A stretch of DNA of 64,000 nucleotides from assembly GCA_963789955.1 (NCBI GenBank), contig CAWBMV010000037.1:256001-320000 (forward strand), written 5' to 3'. The notes beneath the pieces are model-generated. The model saw only the letters and a program-made list of their open reading frames with translations, made no database searches and was not told the DNA's origin. How positions within the stretch are numbered: position 1 is the stretch's first letter; the number at the start of each line of letters is the position of its first letter. The DNA is from an uncultured Candidatus Rokubacteria bacterium (lineage in GTDB: Bacteria > Methylomirabilota > Methylomirabilia > Rokubacteriales > CSP1-6). The translations under genes were made by a program, and so were the position numbers. Shown here piece by piece: positions 1-9,173 of the stretch.

Positions 1-1290
1 GTGCCCCACTCGCGGATCACGTAGGCGAGCGAGCCTCGCTCCGTCCAGTGGGTGCCGTAGATGCTGTTGTCCTCGACGCGAAAGCCCGCCGACATGAACA
101 GGCGGTCCCACAAGCGAAACGTCTGCTGGAAAAAGACCGACTTCGTATGGCTCGTGCCGTCGAACGCCGAGCTGCCCTGAGCCTCGCCGTCCTCGGTGCG
201 GTACTCGAGCCCGATCGTGCTGGTCGACCAGGGCCCGATGTGGAAGTGGTTCAGCAGCTCCGCCTCCCAACGTTCGGTTTTGAAGCGCCCGGGAAACTCG
301 CAGAACGGGGGAAACGGGCATTCCTCGGCCGCATCTGGTGCATCCATGAACGCCTGGTTGCTCTCGTAGCGTCCGAGGCGCAGCTCGGCCTCCCACCACT
401 CGACGGGCTTGGTCCGGCCGTTCAGCGCCATCACCCACGTCTCGGTGAGCTGGTGGGCGTTGGAGTCGATGATCGGCTCGTTCGGCAGCGCCCCCGTGTT
501 CGAGGTGAGGAACTTCACGGGCACGCCCGTCGCGTTCTGGTCCCAGCGCAGGGTGAATGCGATCGAGCTGTCCCACGGCAGCGAGACCCCGAGGCGCAGG
601 TTGACCGCGTTCTTGTCCGAGCTGTCGTTCTTGAACTGGCCGTTCGATTCCAGATGGGAGATCGAGCCCGCGTAGTCGAGGAACGAGTAGGCGCCGCTGA
701 ACCAACCCCGGCCGGTGTAGGTGTCGTAGTTGCCCGCTCCGCCCTCGACGGTCGCCGAGAACGGTCCCTTACCCTTCTTCGTGATGATGTTGACGACGCC
801 GCCGATCGCGTCGGCCCCGTACAGCGTCGACTGCGGCCCGCGGATCACCTCGATACGTTCGATCAGGTCGGGAGAGATGTCGGAGAGGTCGGCCTGCCCC
901 GTCGTCGCGCTCTTGACCCGGACGCCGTCGACGAGGACCTGAACCTGGTTGGCGTTGGCGCCGCGGATGCTGATGTTGGAGACCTTGCCGTAGCTCCCCG
1001 CCCGGCGGATCGTCGACGCCGGGCACGTTGCGGAGCACGTCCTCGACGGTCTCGAAGTGATACTTCTGCACGTCGTCGCCGGGGACGACCGTGACCGAGG
1101 CGCCGAGCTGCTCGGCGCGCGTCTCCAGCTTGGTGGCGGTCAGGACCACGGGATCGAGGTCACGCACCGGCGCGGGAGCCGGCGCAGGAGCCGGTACGGG
1201 CGTCGGCGCGGGAGCCGGCTCCTGCGCGGCGAGCATCCCCGCGGGAATCAGCAACACGAGTGGCAACAGCAGGCGAACGATCCAGAGCAT
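1..1290 (-). CDS. btuB: TonB-dependent cobalamin receptor (runs off window; frameshift near 1010)
   Basis: Signal peptide, TonB-box-like LDPVVLTATK, plug motifs VLVDGV and IERIEVIRGPQSTLYGADAIGGVVNIITKK in the shifted frame; downstream of a cobalamin riboswitch. Confidence 0.9.
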
Positions 1291-1337
1291 GCGGCTTCAC
1301 TCCTTCTTCCACGAAAGGGTTGGAAGCGATCGCCCGG

Positions 1338-1515
1338 AACAGGTCTCCTGACTCGTGGATCGTCGCGCCGCGCCCAGCCTTCCCGTCCGCGTCGGCGCGG
1401 ATAGTGGCAATCTCGGGCGCGTGCTCCCCACTCACAGTGGCGGGTCCGTGCCGGTCTCGGCCGCCTTCGGCCTCACCGGCTTCCCTTGATCCGGAGCGAA
1501 TTCTCGAAGTGCTAC
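1338..1515 (-). promoter_or_regulatory. Cobalamin riboswitch upstream of btuB
   Basis: Minus strand has AGGGAAGCCGGTG, CCCGCCACTGT, GCCACT, GGGAAGG and AGTCAGGAGACCTG in canonical order; ends approximate. Confidence 0.92.
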
Positions 1516-1539
1516 CTCGTGTGGCCGACCTCCTTTCTC

Positions 1540-2367
1540 TTAGCCCCGGCGGGCTATCGGCGGGTCGACCCGCCAGGTGAGCCGCACGACGGGCCGCCGC
1601 GTCGTTTCGTTCTTGTCGACGACGACGCCGCACCCGAACACCGACGCGAGGAGCGCTTCGTCGAGCACCGCCTCGGGCGAGCCGATCGCCACCGGGCGGC
1701 CGCCGTTCAGCAGGAGGAGGCGGTCACACACCTCGGCGGCCAGATTGAGATCGTGCGACACGAGCAAGATCGTCATGCCGCGCTCGCGGTTCAGGCGCCG
1801 CAAGAGCGCGGCGGCCTCGACCTGATAGCGCAGATCGAGATGCGCCGTGGGCTCGTCGAGGACCAGCAAGCGCGGCTCCTGGGCGAGCGCGCGCGCGATC
1901 ACCGCGCGCTGACGCTCGCCGCCGCTCAGGTGCTCGAGCGGCATGTCCGCGAGCTCGAGCACGCCGGTGGCCGCCATCGCCTCGTGCGCGACCGCGCGAT
2001 CGCGCGGGCTCTCGAAGTAGCGGCCGGGATCGTGCGGGTAGCGGCCCATCAACGCGAGCTCGCCGACCGTGAACGGAAACTGCGGCAGGAGTCCCTGGGG
2101 CACGACCGCGACCCGGCGCGCCAGATCCGTCCGCGACAGTCGTCCGACCGGCACGCCCTCGAGACGGATCTCGCCGGCCGCGGGCTCGAGCACGCGCGTG
2201 AGCAGACGGATCAACGTCGTCTTCCCCGAGCTGTTCGGCCCGATCACGCCGATGATCTCGCCGGCCGAAATCTCCAGGGAGAGATCGGACAGGGCAAACG
2301 GACGCGTTCTCCGCTCGGCCGATGCGGGATACGCGAAGCTCACGTTGCGGAACTCTACGAGCGTCAT
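1540..2367 (-). CDS. Cobalamin/Fe-siderophore ABC transporter ATP-binding subunit (BtuD/FecE-like)
   Basis: Walker A GPNSSGKT, LSGGERQR signature, LLVLDEPT, VSHD. Confidence 0.92.
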   Translation of the reverse strand: MTLVEFRNVSFAYPASAERRTRPFALSDLSLEISAGEIIGVIGPNSSGKTTLIRLLTRVLEPAAGEIRLEGVPVGRLSRTDLARRVAVVPQGLLPQFPFTVGELALMGRYPHDPGRYFESPRDRAVAHEAMAATGVLELADMPLEHLSGGERQRAVIARALAQEPRLLVLDEPTAHLDLRYQVEAAALLRRLNRERGMTILLVSHDLNLAAEVCDRLLLLNGGRPVAIGSPEAVLDEALLASVFGCGVVVDKNETTRRPVVRLTWRVDPPIARRG

Positions 2368-2380
2368 TCGGACTCGGGGC

Positions 2381-2558
2381 TGGAGTCGCGGGCGCGGGGC
2401 GCCGGGTCGAGGGAGGGGTCGTTCGACCACGCGGCACGCGCTCGCTGCTCCGCGGCGGCTGGGCTCCATCCCGGCGCACGTCCTCCGTCGCTCCGTTGCG
2501 GGGAACGGGTCTCATCGACCCCTCCCTCGACCCCGGCGCCCCGCGCCCGCGCACTCCA
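2381..2558. repeat. Long palindromic (REP/MITE-like) element: ~41-43 bp inverted arms, 94 nt loop
   Basis: 2381-2421 is the reverse complement of 2516-2558 apart from two single-base indels. Confidence 0.85.
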
Positions 2559-2646
2559 CTCCAAGTCGACGCGGTCGACGAGTCCGAGGACGTCTGGATC
2601 ACCATCGCAGTCGGCGAGGTTCGCGAGCTCAGGCCGGGCGTGGGCA

Positions 2647-3664
2647 TCAGAGGTTGGCGCGGTAGCGGGTGCGGAGGAGATAGATGAAGAACGGGGCGCC
2701 GCAGAAGGCGGTGATGACGCCGACCGAGAGCTCGGCGGGGGCGACGATGCTGCGCGCCAGGGTGTCGGCGAGCAGCAGGAAGATGCCGCCGCCGACGAGC
2801 GCGGCCGGAACGAGCAACCGGTTGTCCGAGCCCAGGAGGATCCGGAGCATGTGCGGCACGATGAGGCCGACGAAGCCGATGGGGCCGACGAACGCGACGA
2901 CGCTCGCGGTGAGAAGTGCCGCGCCGAGAAAGATCGTCAGCTTCAGCCGGTCCGCGGCGACGCCGAGCTGGAGCAGCGCCTCCTCGCCGAGCGCCATCAG
3001 GTTCAGCTCGCGCGCGTGGGTCACGACGAGCGCGAAGCCGAGGGCCGACAAGACCGCGAACAGGCCCAGCGCGCCGGGCGGAATCGGCGCGAGATTGCCG
3101 AGGAGCCAGTGGACGACGCCGCCCAGGCGGTTGAAGTCGAGCAGTGAGATCACGACCGTGATCGCCGCCGAGAAGAAGATGCCGACGATGACTCCGGCCA
3201 GCAGCAACGTCTGGATCGACAGCCCGGCGCCGACCGCCGCGATGAGATACACGGCGCCGGCGGCGACGAGGGCTCCGGCGAACGCGAACGCGGTCAGGCC
3301 CACCGCCGCGCGAAGGGTCAGGCCGAGGCCGAAGCTCTGCCCGATCACGACCCCGAACGCGGCCCCGGCCGAGATGCCGAGCACCGAGGGCTCGGCGAGC
3401 GGGTTTCGCGTGAGCGCCTGGAACGCGACACCCGCGACCGCGAGCGCGCCGCCCGCGAGCAGCGCGGCGGCGATCCGGGGCAGGCGGATCGACAACGTCA
3501 CGACGCGCTCGACGGACTCCGGCGCGGCGCGGCCCGCGACCGCCGACACGACCGCGCTCGGCGAGAGCTGCGCGCTTCCAAGAAAGAGCGCGCCGGCCGC
3601 GACGAGGACCAGCACACGCCGACAAGACGCTCAGCACCAGGACCAGCCGCCGCGTCGGGTTCAC
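2647..3664 (-). CDS. Cobalamin ABC transporter permease (BtuC/FecCD family; frameshift near 3618)
   Basis: IRLPRI, FQALTRNPLAEPSVLGISAGA, GPIGFVGLIVPH motifs; GTG start overlaps the upstream stop. Confidence 0.92.
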
Positions 3665-4551
3665 CGAAACGCCTCCGGATGGATCGCGCGCGCCAGCTGC
3701 TCGAGACCGTCCACGAGGCGCGGCCCGTAGCGATGCATCAGGTCTCCGCTGACGGACAGAAGCCGCCCGGATTTGACGGCGGGAAGCGAGGCGAGGCGCT
3801 GCCACTTCTCGATCGAGACCGCGCCGGTACCGGCACCGTGGTTGGCCAGCAGGATGACCTCGGGGCTCTTGGCGACCGCGGCCTCCAGGCTGTAGCGCGG
3901 CCAGGCGTCGGCGTCGTCGGCCGTGAGCGATTGCCCGCCGGCGAGCTGGATCAGCTCGGTCACGAGCGCCTCGCGGCCCGGCACGATGAGCGGATCCGGC
4001 CACAGCACGTAGAGCACGCGGGGGCGCCCGAACGGCGCGACGGCCGTCTTCACCGCCTCGATCCGCTGCTCCAGGCGCGCCACGACCGGCCCGGCCGCCG
4101 TTTCGCGGCCGGTCAGCACACCCAGCCGTCGCATGAGCGACAGCGCATCCGCGACGTGATGGGCGGCGACGAGGTACACGGGCACTCCGACGCGCGAGAG
4201 CTGCGTGAACGTGTCCTCGCGCGTGCCCTCGGTCGTGGCGATCACCAGATCGGGACGCAGCGCGACGATCGCCTCGAGGCTCGGCGCGACCATCCCGCCG
4301 ACCTTCGGCTGGCGGCGCGCTTGCGGCGGAAAGTCGCAGAAGTCGGTCACGCCGACCAGCAAGTACTCCGCGTTGAGCGCATAGAGAATCTCCGTGACGC
4401 TCGGAACGAGCGACACGATGCGCTTGGGCGGTGCCGCGAGCGTGACGTCACGACCGAGCATGTCGCGCGTGGTGAACGCCGCGGCGGACGCGACCGTGAG
4501 GAACGTGACCGCGATGATCGCGGCGACGACCGTGACGCGCCGCCTCGTCAC
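3661..4551 (-). CDS. Cobalamin-binding periplasmic protein (BtuF-like)
   Basis: Signal peptide, PKRIVSLVPSVTEILYAL, VGVTDFCDFP, RYGPRL; lies in the btu/cob operon. Confidence 0.88.
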   Translation of the reverse strand: MTRRRVTVVAAIIAVTFLTVASAAAFTTRDMLGRDVTLAAPPKRIVSLVPSVTEILYALNAEYLLVGVTDFCDFPPQARRQPKVGGMVAPSLEAIVALRPDLVIATTEGTREDTFTQLSRVGVPVYLVAAHHVADALSLMRRLGVLTGRETAAGPVVARLEQRIEAVKTAVAPFGRPRVLYVLWPDPLIVPGREALVTELIQLAGGQSLTADDADAWPRYSLEAAVAKSPEVILLANHGAGTGAVSIEKWQRLASLPAVKSGRLLSVSGDLMHRYGPRLVDGLEQLARAIHPEAFR

Positions 4552-5615
4552 GGCCGCTCCTCGGGCGCCGATCGGCTCACTCCGGCGGTCTTGAAGGTCG
4601 CCATCTCGCTCCAGACGAGCGCGGCCGCCCGAGCCAGATGGATGAACAGCGCGGCGCCCGTCCCCTCGCCGAGGCGCAGGCCGAGGTCGAGGTAGGGATC
4701 GAGCCGGAGGTGCTCGAGTGCCAGCGCGTGACCGCGCTCGGCCGAGCGATGCGAGGCGAAGAGCGCGTGGCGCGCGGCCGGCGCGAGCGTGACGGCGAGC
4801 AGCGCCGCCGCGCCGGCGATGAACCCGTCGAGCGCCACCGGAACACGGCGCGCGGCGCCCGCGAGGATCACGCCCGTGAGGCCGGCGATCTCGAAGCCAC
4901 CGACCTTTGCCAGCACGTCCAGAGCGTCCTGAGGGTCCGGGCGGTTGACCTCCAGCGCGCGGCGCACCACCGAGACCTTGCGCGCGTAGGTCGCGTCGTC
5001 CACGCCGGTGCCACGCCCGGTCACCTGCTCGGCCGAGGCGCCGGTGATCGCCGCCGTGATCACGCTCGCGCTGGTCGTGTTGCCGATACCCATCTCGCCC
5101 GTCGCCAGGAGATCCGCGCCCGCGTCCATGGCCTCGTCGGCGAGGCGCGCCCCGGTCTCGACCCCGCGGATCGCGTGCTCCGAGGTCATGGCGGGCCCGA
5201 CGGCGATGTTCGCCGTCCCCGGCCCGATCGGACACTCGACGAGGTCTGGTGAGCGGCCGAGCGGGCTCGCGACCCCGAAATTGGCGACGACGACGCGCGC
5301 TCCGGCCTGGCGCGCGAGCACGTTCACCGCGGCGCCGCCGCGCGTGAAGTTCTCGACCATCTGCGCGGTCACGATCTGCGGATAGGCGCTGACCCCCTCG
5401 GCGACGACACCATGATCCGCGGCGAACGTGAAGATCACCGGGCGCGTGACCGCGGGCGCCCGGCCGCGCAGGATCGCGAGACGCAGCGCGATCTCCTCGA
5501 GCCGGCCGAGGCTTCCCGGCGGCTTCGTCAGGCTGTCGAGGTGGTGACGAGCCGCGGCTTCGCCGTCCCGTGCCGGCGCGGCGATCGAGCCGAGAAGCCG
5601 GGAGAGGTCGCTCAC
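4548..5615 (-). CDS. cobT: Nicotinate-nucleotide-dimethylbenzimidazole phosphoribosyltransferase
   Basis: LTKPPGSLGRLE, FAADHGV, GEMGIGNTT, LGLRLGEGTGA. Confidence 0.96.
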   Translation of the reverse strand: MSDLSRLLGSIAAPARDGEAAARHHLDSLTKPPGSLGRLEEIALRLAILRGRAPAVTRPVIFTFAADHGVVAEGVSAYPQIVTAQMVENFTRGGAAVNVLARQAGARVVVANFGVASPLGRSPDLVECPIGPGTANIAVGPAMTSEHAIRGVETGARLADEAMDAGADLLATGEMGIGNTTSASVITAAITGASAEQVTGRGTGVDDATYARKVSVVRRALEVNRPDPQDALDVLAKVGGFEIAGLTGVILAGAARRVPVALDGFIAGAAALLAVTLAPAARHALFASHRSAERGHALALEHLRLDPYLDLGLRLGEGTGAALFIHLARAAALVWSEMATFKTAGVSRSAPEERP

Positions 5616-6145
5616 GCTAGCGCGCCCGGTCCCTTCACGGTGAGCGGAATGCCGGCGACCATGAGCACGACGGTCTCGCACGCGGCGGCGACTCGCTGAT
5701 TCACGTGGCCCAGCAGGTCGCGAAACCGCAGGCCCGCCGCGGTCTCCGGGTGCACGCCTTCACCGACCTCGTTCGACACCAGGGTGATGCTCGAGCGACC
5801 GCCGCGGATCGCGCCGGCGAGCGCGTCGCCATTTTCCAGAATCGTGTCGTCGCGGTCGCCGCGGAGCAGCAGGTTCGAGACCCACAAGGTGAGGCAGTCG
5901 ACGATGATGCCGTCGCAGGTGCCGTCGAGGCCGCGCAGCCGCGACACCAGATCGAAGGGCTCCTCGACGGTCGTCCAAGGCGACGGGCGATCGGCGCGAT
6001 GGCGGGCGATGCGCTTGGCCATGTCCTCGTCGCGCGCCTCGGCGGTGGCGACGAAGACAATCCGGGTGTCGGCCGAGAACCGTTCGCTCGCGAAGCGGCT
6101 CTTGCCGCTGCGCGCGCCTCCGATGATGAAGAGCGATGCCGCCAT
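5612..6145 (-). CDS. cobU: Adenosylcobinamide kinase/cobinamide-phosphate guanylyltransferase
   Basis: GGARSGKS, RIARHRADRP, VDCLTLW, VSNEVGEG, FRDLLG. Confidence 0.96.
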   Translation of the reverse strand: MAASLFIIGGARSGKSRFASERFSADTRIVFVATAEARDEDMAKRIARHRADRPSPWTTVEEPFDLVSRLRGLDGTCDGIIVDCLTLWVSNLLLRGDRDDTILENGDALAGAIRGGRSSITLVSNEVGEGVHPETAAGLRFRDLLGHVNQRVAAACETVVLMVAGIPLTVKGPGALA

Positions 6146-6187
6146 CTGCCCGGGTCCTCCCTCGAAGACCGGTGAACGGATCGCGCC

Positions 6188-6365
6188 CGGGCAGGTCTCC
6201 TGGCTCTCGGATCGTCCTACTCCCCGCGCCTTCCCGGCCTGACCGGCCAGTGGCACTCGCGGGTTTCGTCCCCGATTACAGTGACGGGGTCGCGGCGGCT
6301 TCTACCGCCTTCCCTGGGCCCTCGTGGGCATCCGCGGGCGCGAACAACGCGGGGAACCGTAGCAG
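6188..6365 (-). promoter_or_regulatory. Cobalamin riboswitch upstream of the cobU-cobT-btu operon
   Basis: Minus strand has AGGGAAGGCGGT, CCCCGTCACTGTAA, GCCACTGG, GGGAAGGC, AGCCAGGAGACCTGCC; ends approximate. Confidence 0.92.
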
Positions 6366-6465
6366 AACGACCGGTCGACCGCAACACGTGCCACCATGCC
6401 GACGACCGCCTTCCGCCCCGAAACTTGACATTGCGCAGGCCGGGTGGGGAAATTGGGCAGCCCAG

Positions 6466-7060
6466 GTGAAGAATCCGAAGAATCTGAAGAATTCGCTGCC
6501 CGCGAGCGTCGCTGACGACAGGGCAGGCCGCCTCGCACTGTCAGGTCTCGACGCCTACCCTGAAGACCTGGATCCGGGAGGGGCGACTGCGCGCCTTCAA
6601 GACCCCCGGCGGCCACGCGCGGATCGCGGTCGCGGAGTTCCAGCGGTTCCTCAAGCGGCACCGGATGCCGACGTACCCGGTCCCGCCGCCGCCCACGGGC
6701 GTCCTCGTCGTCGACGACGAGCCTCAGGTCGTGGAGATGCTCGTGGAGTTCCTCACGCACCATCCGCGGGGCTTCAAGATCGAGACGGCCAGCGACGGCT
6801 ACGAGGCGCTGATCAAGCTGGGCTCGCTCCGGCCGGCGCTTCTGATTCTCGACGCGATGATGCCCAAGCTGGACGGGATCGAAGTCTGTCGCCACCTGAA
6901 GAGCAACCCGGAGACGCAGGCCATCCGGATCCTCGGCGTCACGGGCTACCCGGAGGTCGCGCCGGCGCTCCTGGCGGCGGGCGCCGATCTGGTGCTCACC
7001 AAGCCTCTGGCACTCGACGAGGTCGAGAGCTATCTGAGCGGAATCGTCGAAGATCGATGA
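6466..7060 (+). CDS. Excisionase/MerR-type HTH plus receiver response regulator (two frameshifts in the HTH part)
   Basis: Reconstructed LTTGQAASHCQVSTPTLKTWIREG...KTPGGHARI followed by REC (VVDDE, LILD, TG, KP); paralog of 21156-21773. Confidence 0.8.
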
Positions 7061-7443
7061 CGGGCCCGGCTCGGGGCGCGTCGATTCTGATCGTGGACGA
7101 CGAGCCGGAGGTGGCGTCGCTCCTGGCCGAGATCCTCGAGGACGACGCCCACCGGGTCGAGACGGCGTACAACGGTCTGGCGGAGCTCGACAAGCTCCGC
7201 GACGGGACGTACGACCTCATCATCAGCGACCTGCGCATGCCCCATCTCGACGGCCCCGGGCTCTACCGCGAGGTCGCGCGGCACCATCCGCAGATGATCC
7301 GCCGCATGATCTTCGTCACCGGCGACACCCTGGGGCCGGAGAGCGCCGAGTTCCTGCGCCGAAGCGCCGCGCCGAGGTTCGGGAAGCCCTTCGAGCCTGA
7401 CGACGTCCGGCGCGTCATCGATCAAGTCCTGCGCGCTCGCTGA
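7057..7443 (+). CDS. Stand-alone response regulator receiver protein
   Basis: ILIVDDE, DLIISDLRMPHLDG, VTGD, KPF. Confidence 0.9.
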   Translation: MTGPARGASILIVDDEPEVASLLAEILEDDAHRVETAYNGLAELDKLRDGTYDLIISDLRMPHLDGPGLYREVARHHPQMIRRMIFVTGDTLGPESAEFLRRSAAPRFGKPFEPDDVRRVIDQVLRAR

Positions 7444-7469
7444 TCCGAGGGCGCGCCGGGCGGCGCGCC

Positions 7470-7925
7470 TCAGCCCGTCAGGTTGGTCTCGAGCTCGCGG
7501 ATGCGGCGCGTGAGATTCACGAGCATCTTCTGCGTCAGCTCCGGGACCTCTCGCAGGAGCTGCCAGAAATTCACGCGGCTGATCACCAGGACGCGCAGGT
7601 CCGTCTCGGCCTTCACGGTGGCCGAGCGCGGCTCGCCGTCGAGCAGGCTCATCTCGCCGAAGAACTCACCGGGCCGCAGACGATGGCGCTTGTGCATCGA
7701 GAGCGTCACCAGCGCCGTGCCGTCGATGATGATGAAGAACTCGTCGCCGGGCTCGCCCTGGCGCGTGAGGATCGTGCGCTCCGGAACCTCGACGACCTTC
7801 GCGATGTCCGCCACCGCGCGAAGCTGGCGCAGGCTGCAGGCCTCGAAGATGGGGACGCGCTCGAGGTACCTGATCTTCTCCTCACGGGCCGTCCGGAAGC
7901 CCTCGAAGTCGCCAATCAGTCTCAT
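7470..7925 (-). CDS. Cyclic nucleotide-binding domain protein
   Basis: QGEPGDEFFII, PGEFFGEMSLLDGEPRSATV. Confidence 0.9.
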   Translation of the reverse strand: MRLIGDFEGFRTAREEKIRYLERVPIFEACSLRQLRAVADIAKVVEVPERTILTRQGEPGDEFFIIIDGTALVTLSMHKRHRLRPGEFFGEMSLLDGEPRSATVKAETDLRVLVISRVNFWQLLREVPELTQKMLVNLTRRIRELETNLTG

Positions 7926-8704
7926 TGCGGCTTCGTCTCCTTCGTCGCATAGCTGACCGACAGCCCCGCGCCGGCGTCCGACTGGATGCCGTAGGGCGGC
8001 ACCGGATAGCGCAGGCCGTTCCGGTCGAGCGCCGCCAGGCCTTCGAGCGCCTTCGGCAGAAAGCTCGGCGGAATCGCCATCAAGAGCTCGTCGTCCGCCA
8101 CCCCACCGTAGCGTCGCTCGGCGTAGCACGGGATCGTCAGTGCCGGCTCTCCGGTTTTCAGCGCCTTGCCCCAGGAGTCCGCGCACGCCGATTCGCCGAC
8201 CGACGTGAAGCTGAGCTTACGGTATCCCGTCCACTGAAGCCCGTTGATGAGGAAGATCATCTGGCCGGGTGTGCCGTAGACGAGGCAGATGTCCGGCGGA
8301 TCGAGCCGGCCCGAAGTGAGCGGCGCCACCGCCATCGCCTTGTAGCGCCCGTACGGCACGCAATCCATCGCGTGCTGGTGCTGGCTCGCATCCTCCACGG
8401 TCTTGAACCAGACGCCCGCCATACGCTTGCCGGAGAGCCACTCGTCGTCCTGCGGCGAGAGCCCGATGACGGCGCCGCACTGGGCGCCGATGAGATCGGC
8501 CATCGTGATGCCGACCGTCCAGCCGAGCTGGCGCGCCTGCGCAACGATCTGATCGGTCGTGTGCTTGGCGCGCGGCCGGCGGATCTTCGGGATCGCTTCC
8601 ATCGCCTCGACGGTCTCGAAGAGCTTCATGCCGATCGGAATCGAGCGCAGCCGAAGATACCGGTTCAGTCCGTCGACGATCGCGTTCCAGTCGTACGCTT
8701 GCAT
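7922..8704 (-). CDS. DUF169 family protein
   Basis: PDICLVYGTPGQ, ESACAD, PCYAERRYGGVADDEL; ATG 8704 has a GGAG SD. Confidence 0.8.
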   Translation of the reverse strand: MQAYDWNAIVDGLNRYLRLRSIPIGMKLFETVEAMEAIPKIRRPRAKHTTDQIVAQARQLGWTVGITMADLIGAQCGAVIGLSPQDDEWLSGKRMAGVWFKTVEDASQHQHAMDCVPYGRYKAMAVAPLTSGRLDPPDICLVYGTPGQMIFLINGLQWTGYRKLSFTSVGESACADSWGKALKTGEPALTIPCYAERRYGGVADDELLMAIPPSFLPKALEGLAALDRNGLRYPVPPYGIQSDAGAGLSVSYATKETKPQ

Positions 8705-8783
8705 GACACGCTCCACTCAGAGTTGACCAACTATAGCGCAGTGATGCGCGGCTCCGAACAACTGCCCCCGCGAACGATTCGCA

Positions 8784-9161
8784 TCAGTGTCCCCTCAGCC
8801 GCTGGATGTCGCGCCGCTGCCGCTTGGTGGGACGACCGGCGCCGGGCTCCCGCCACGGCGGCGGCGCCTGGCGCAGACGCGGCGGCTCGGGCGGCGTCAG
8901 ATCTTCGAAGAGCGCTTTCGCGATCTCGGCCGAGCCGCGCCGGTCGTCGACCGCGGCGACCTTGAGGATGCGACGGCGGCCTCGCGGCAACGTCACCCGG
9001 ACGAGATCGCCGGCGCGGACCCGACGCGCCGGCTTGGCCGCCTCGTCGTTGACGTCCACTTTGCCCCCGTCGCACGCCGCGCCGGCCAGGCTTCGCGTCT
9101 TGAACACGCGAGCGGCCCAGAGCCATTTGTCGACACGCAGCGAATCGAGCGAGGCTTGCAC
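8784..9161 (-). CDS. hslR: S4 RNA-binding ribosome-associated heat shock protein Hsp15
   Basis: RVDKWLWAARVFKTRSLA and GRPTKRQRR. Confidence 0.9.
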   Translation of the reverse strand: MQASLDSLRVDKWLWAARVFKTRSLAGAACDGGKVDVNDEAAKPARRVRAGDLVRVTLPRGRRRILKVAAVDDRRGSAEIAKALFEDLTPPEPPRLRQAPPPWREPGAGRPTKRQRRDIQRLRGH

Positions 9162-9173
9162 GCGGAGACGGTA

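Noticed and set aside
6468..6494. GAAGAATCY x3 tandem repeat as an operator or array
   Set aside because: Too short, and explained as coding KNPKNLKNS at the regulator N-terminus
6466..7060. CarH/LitR-type B12 photoreceptor next to the cob operon
   Set aside because: The HTH is followed by a canonical receiver domain, with no B12-binding motif
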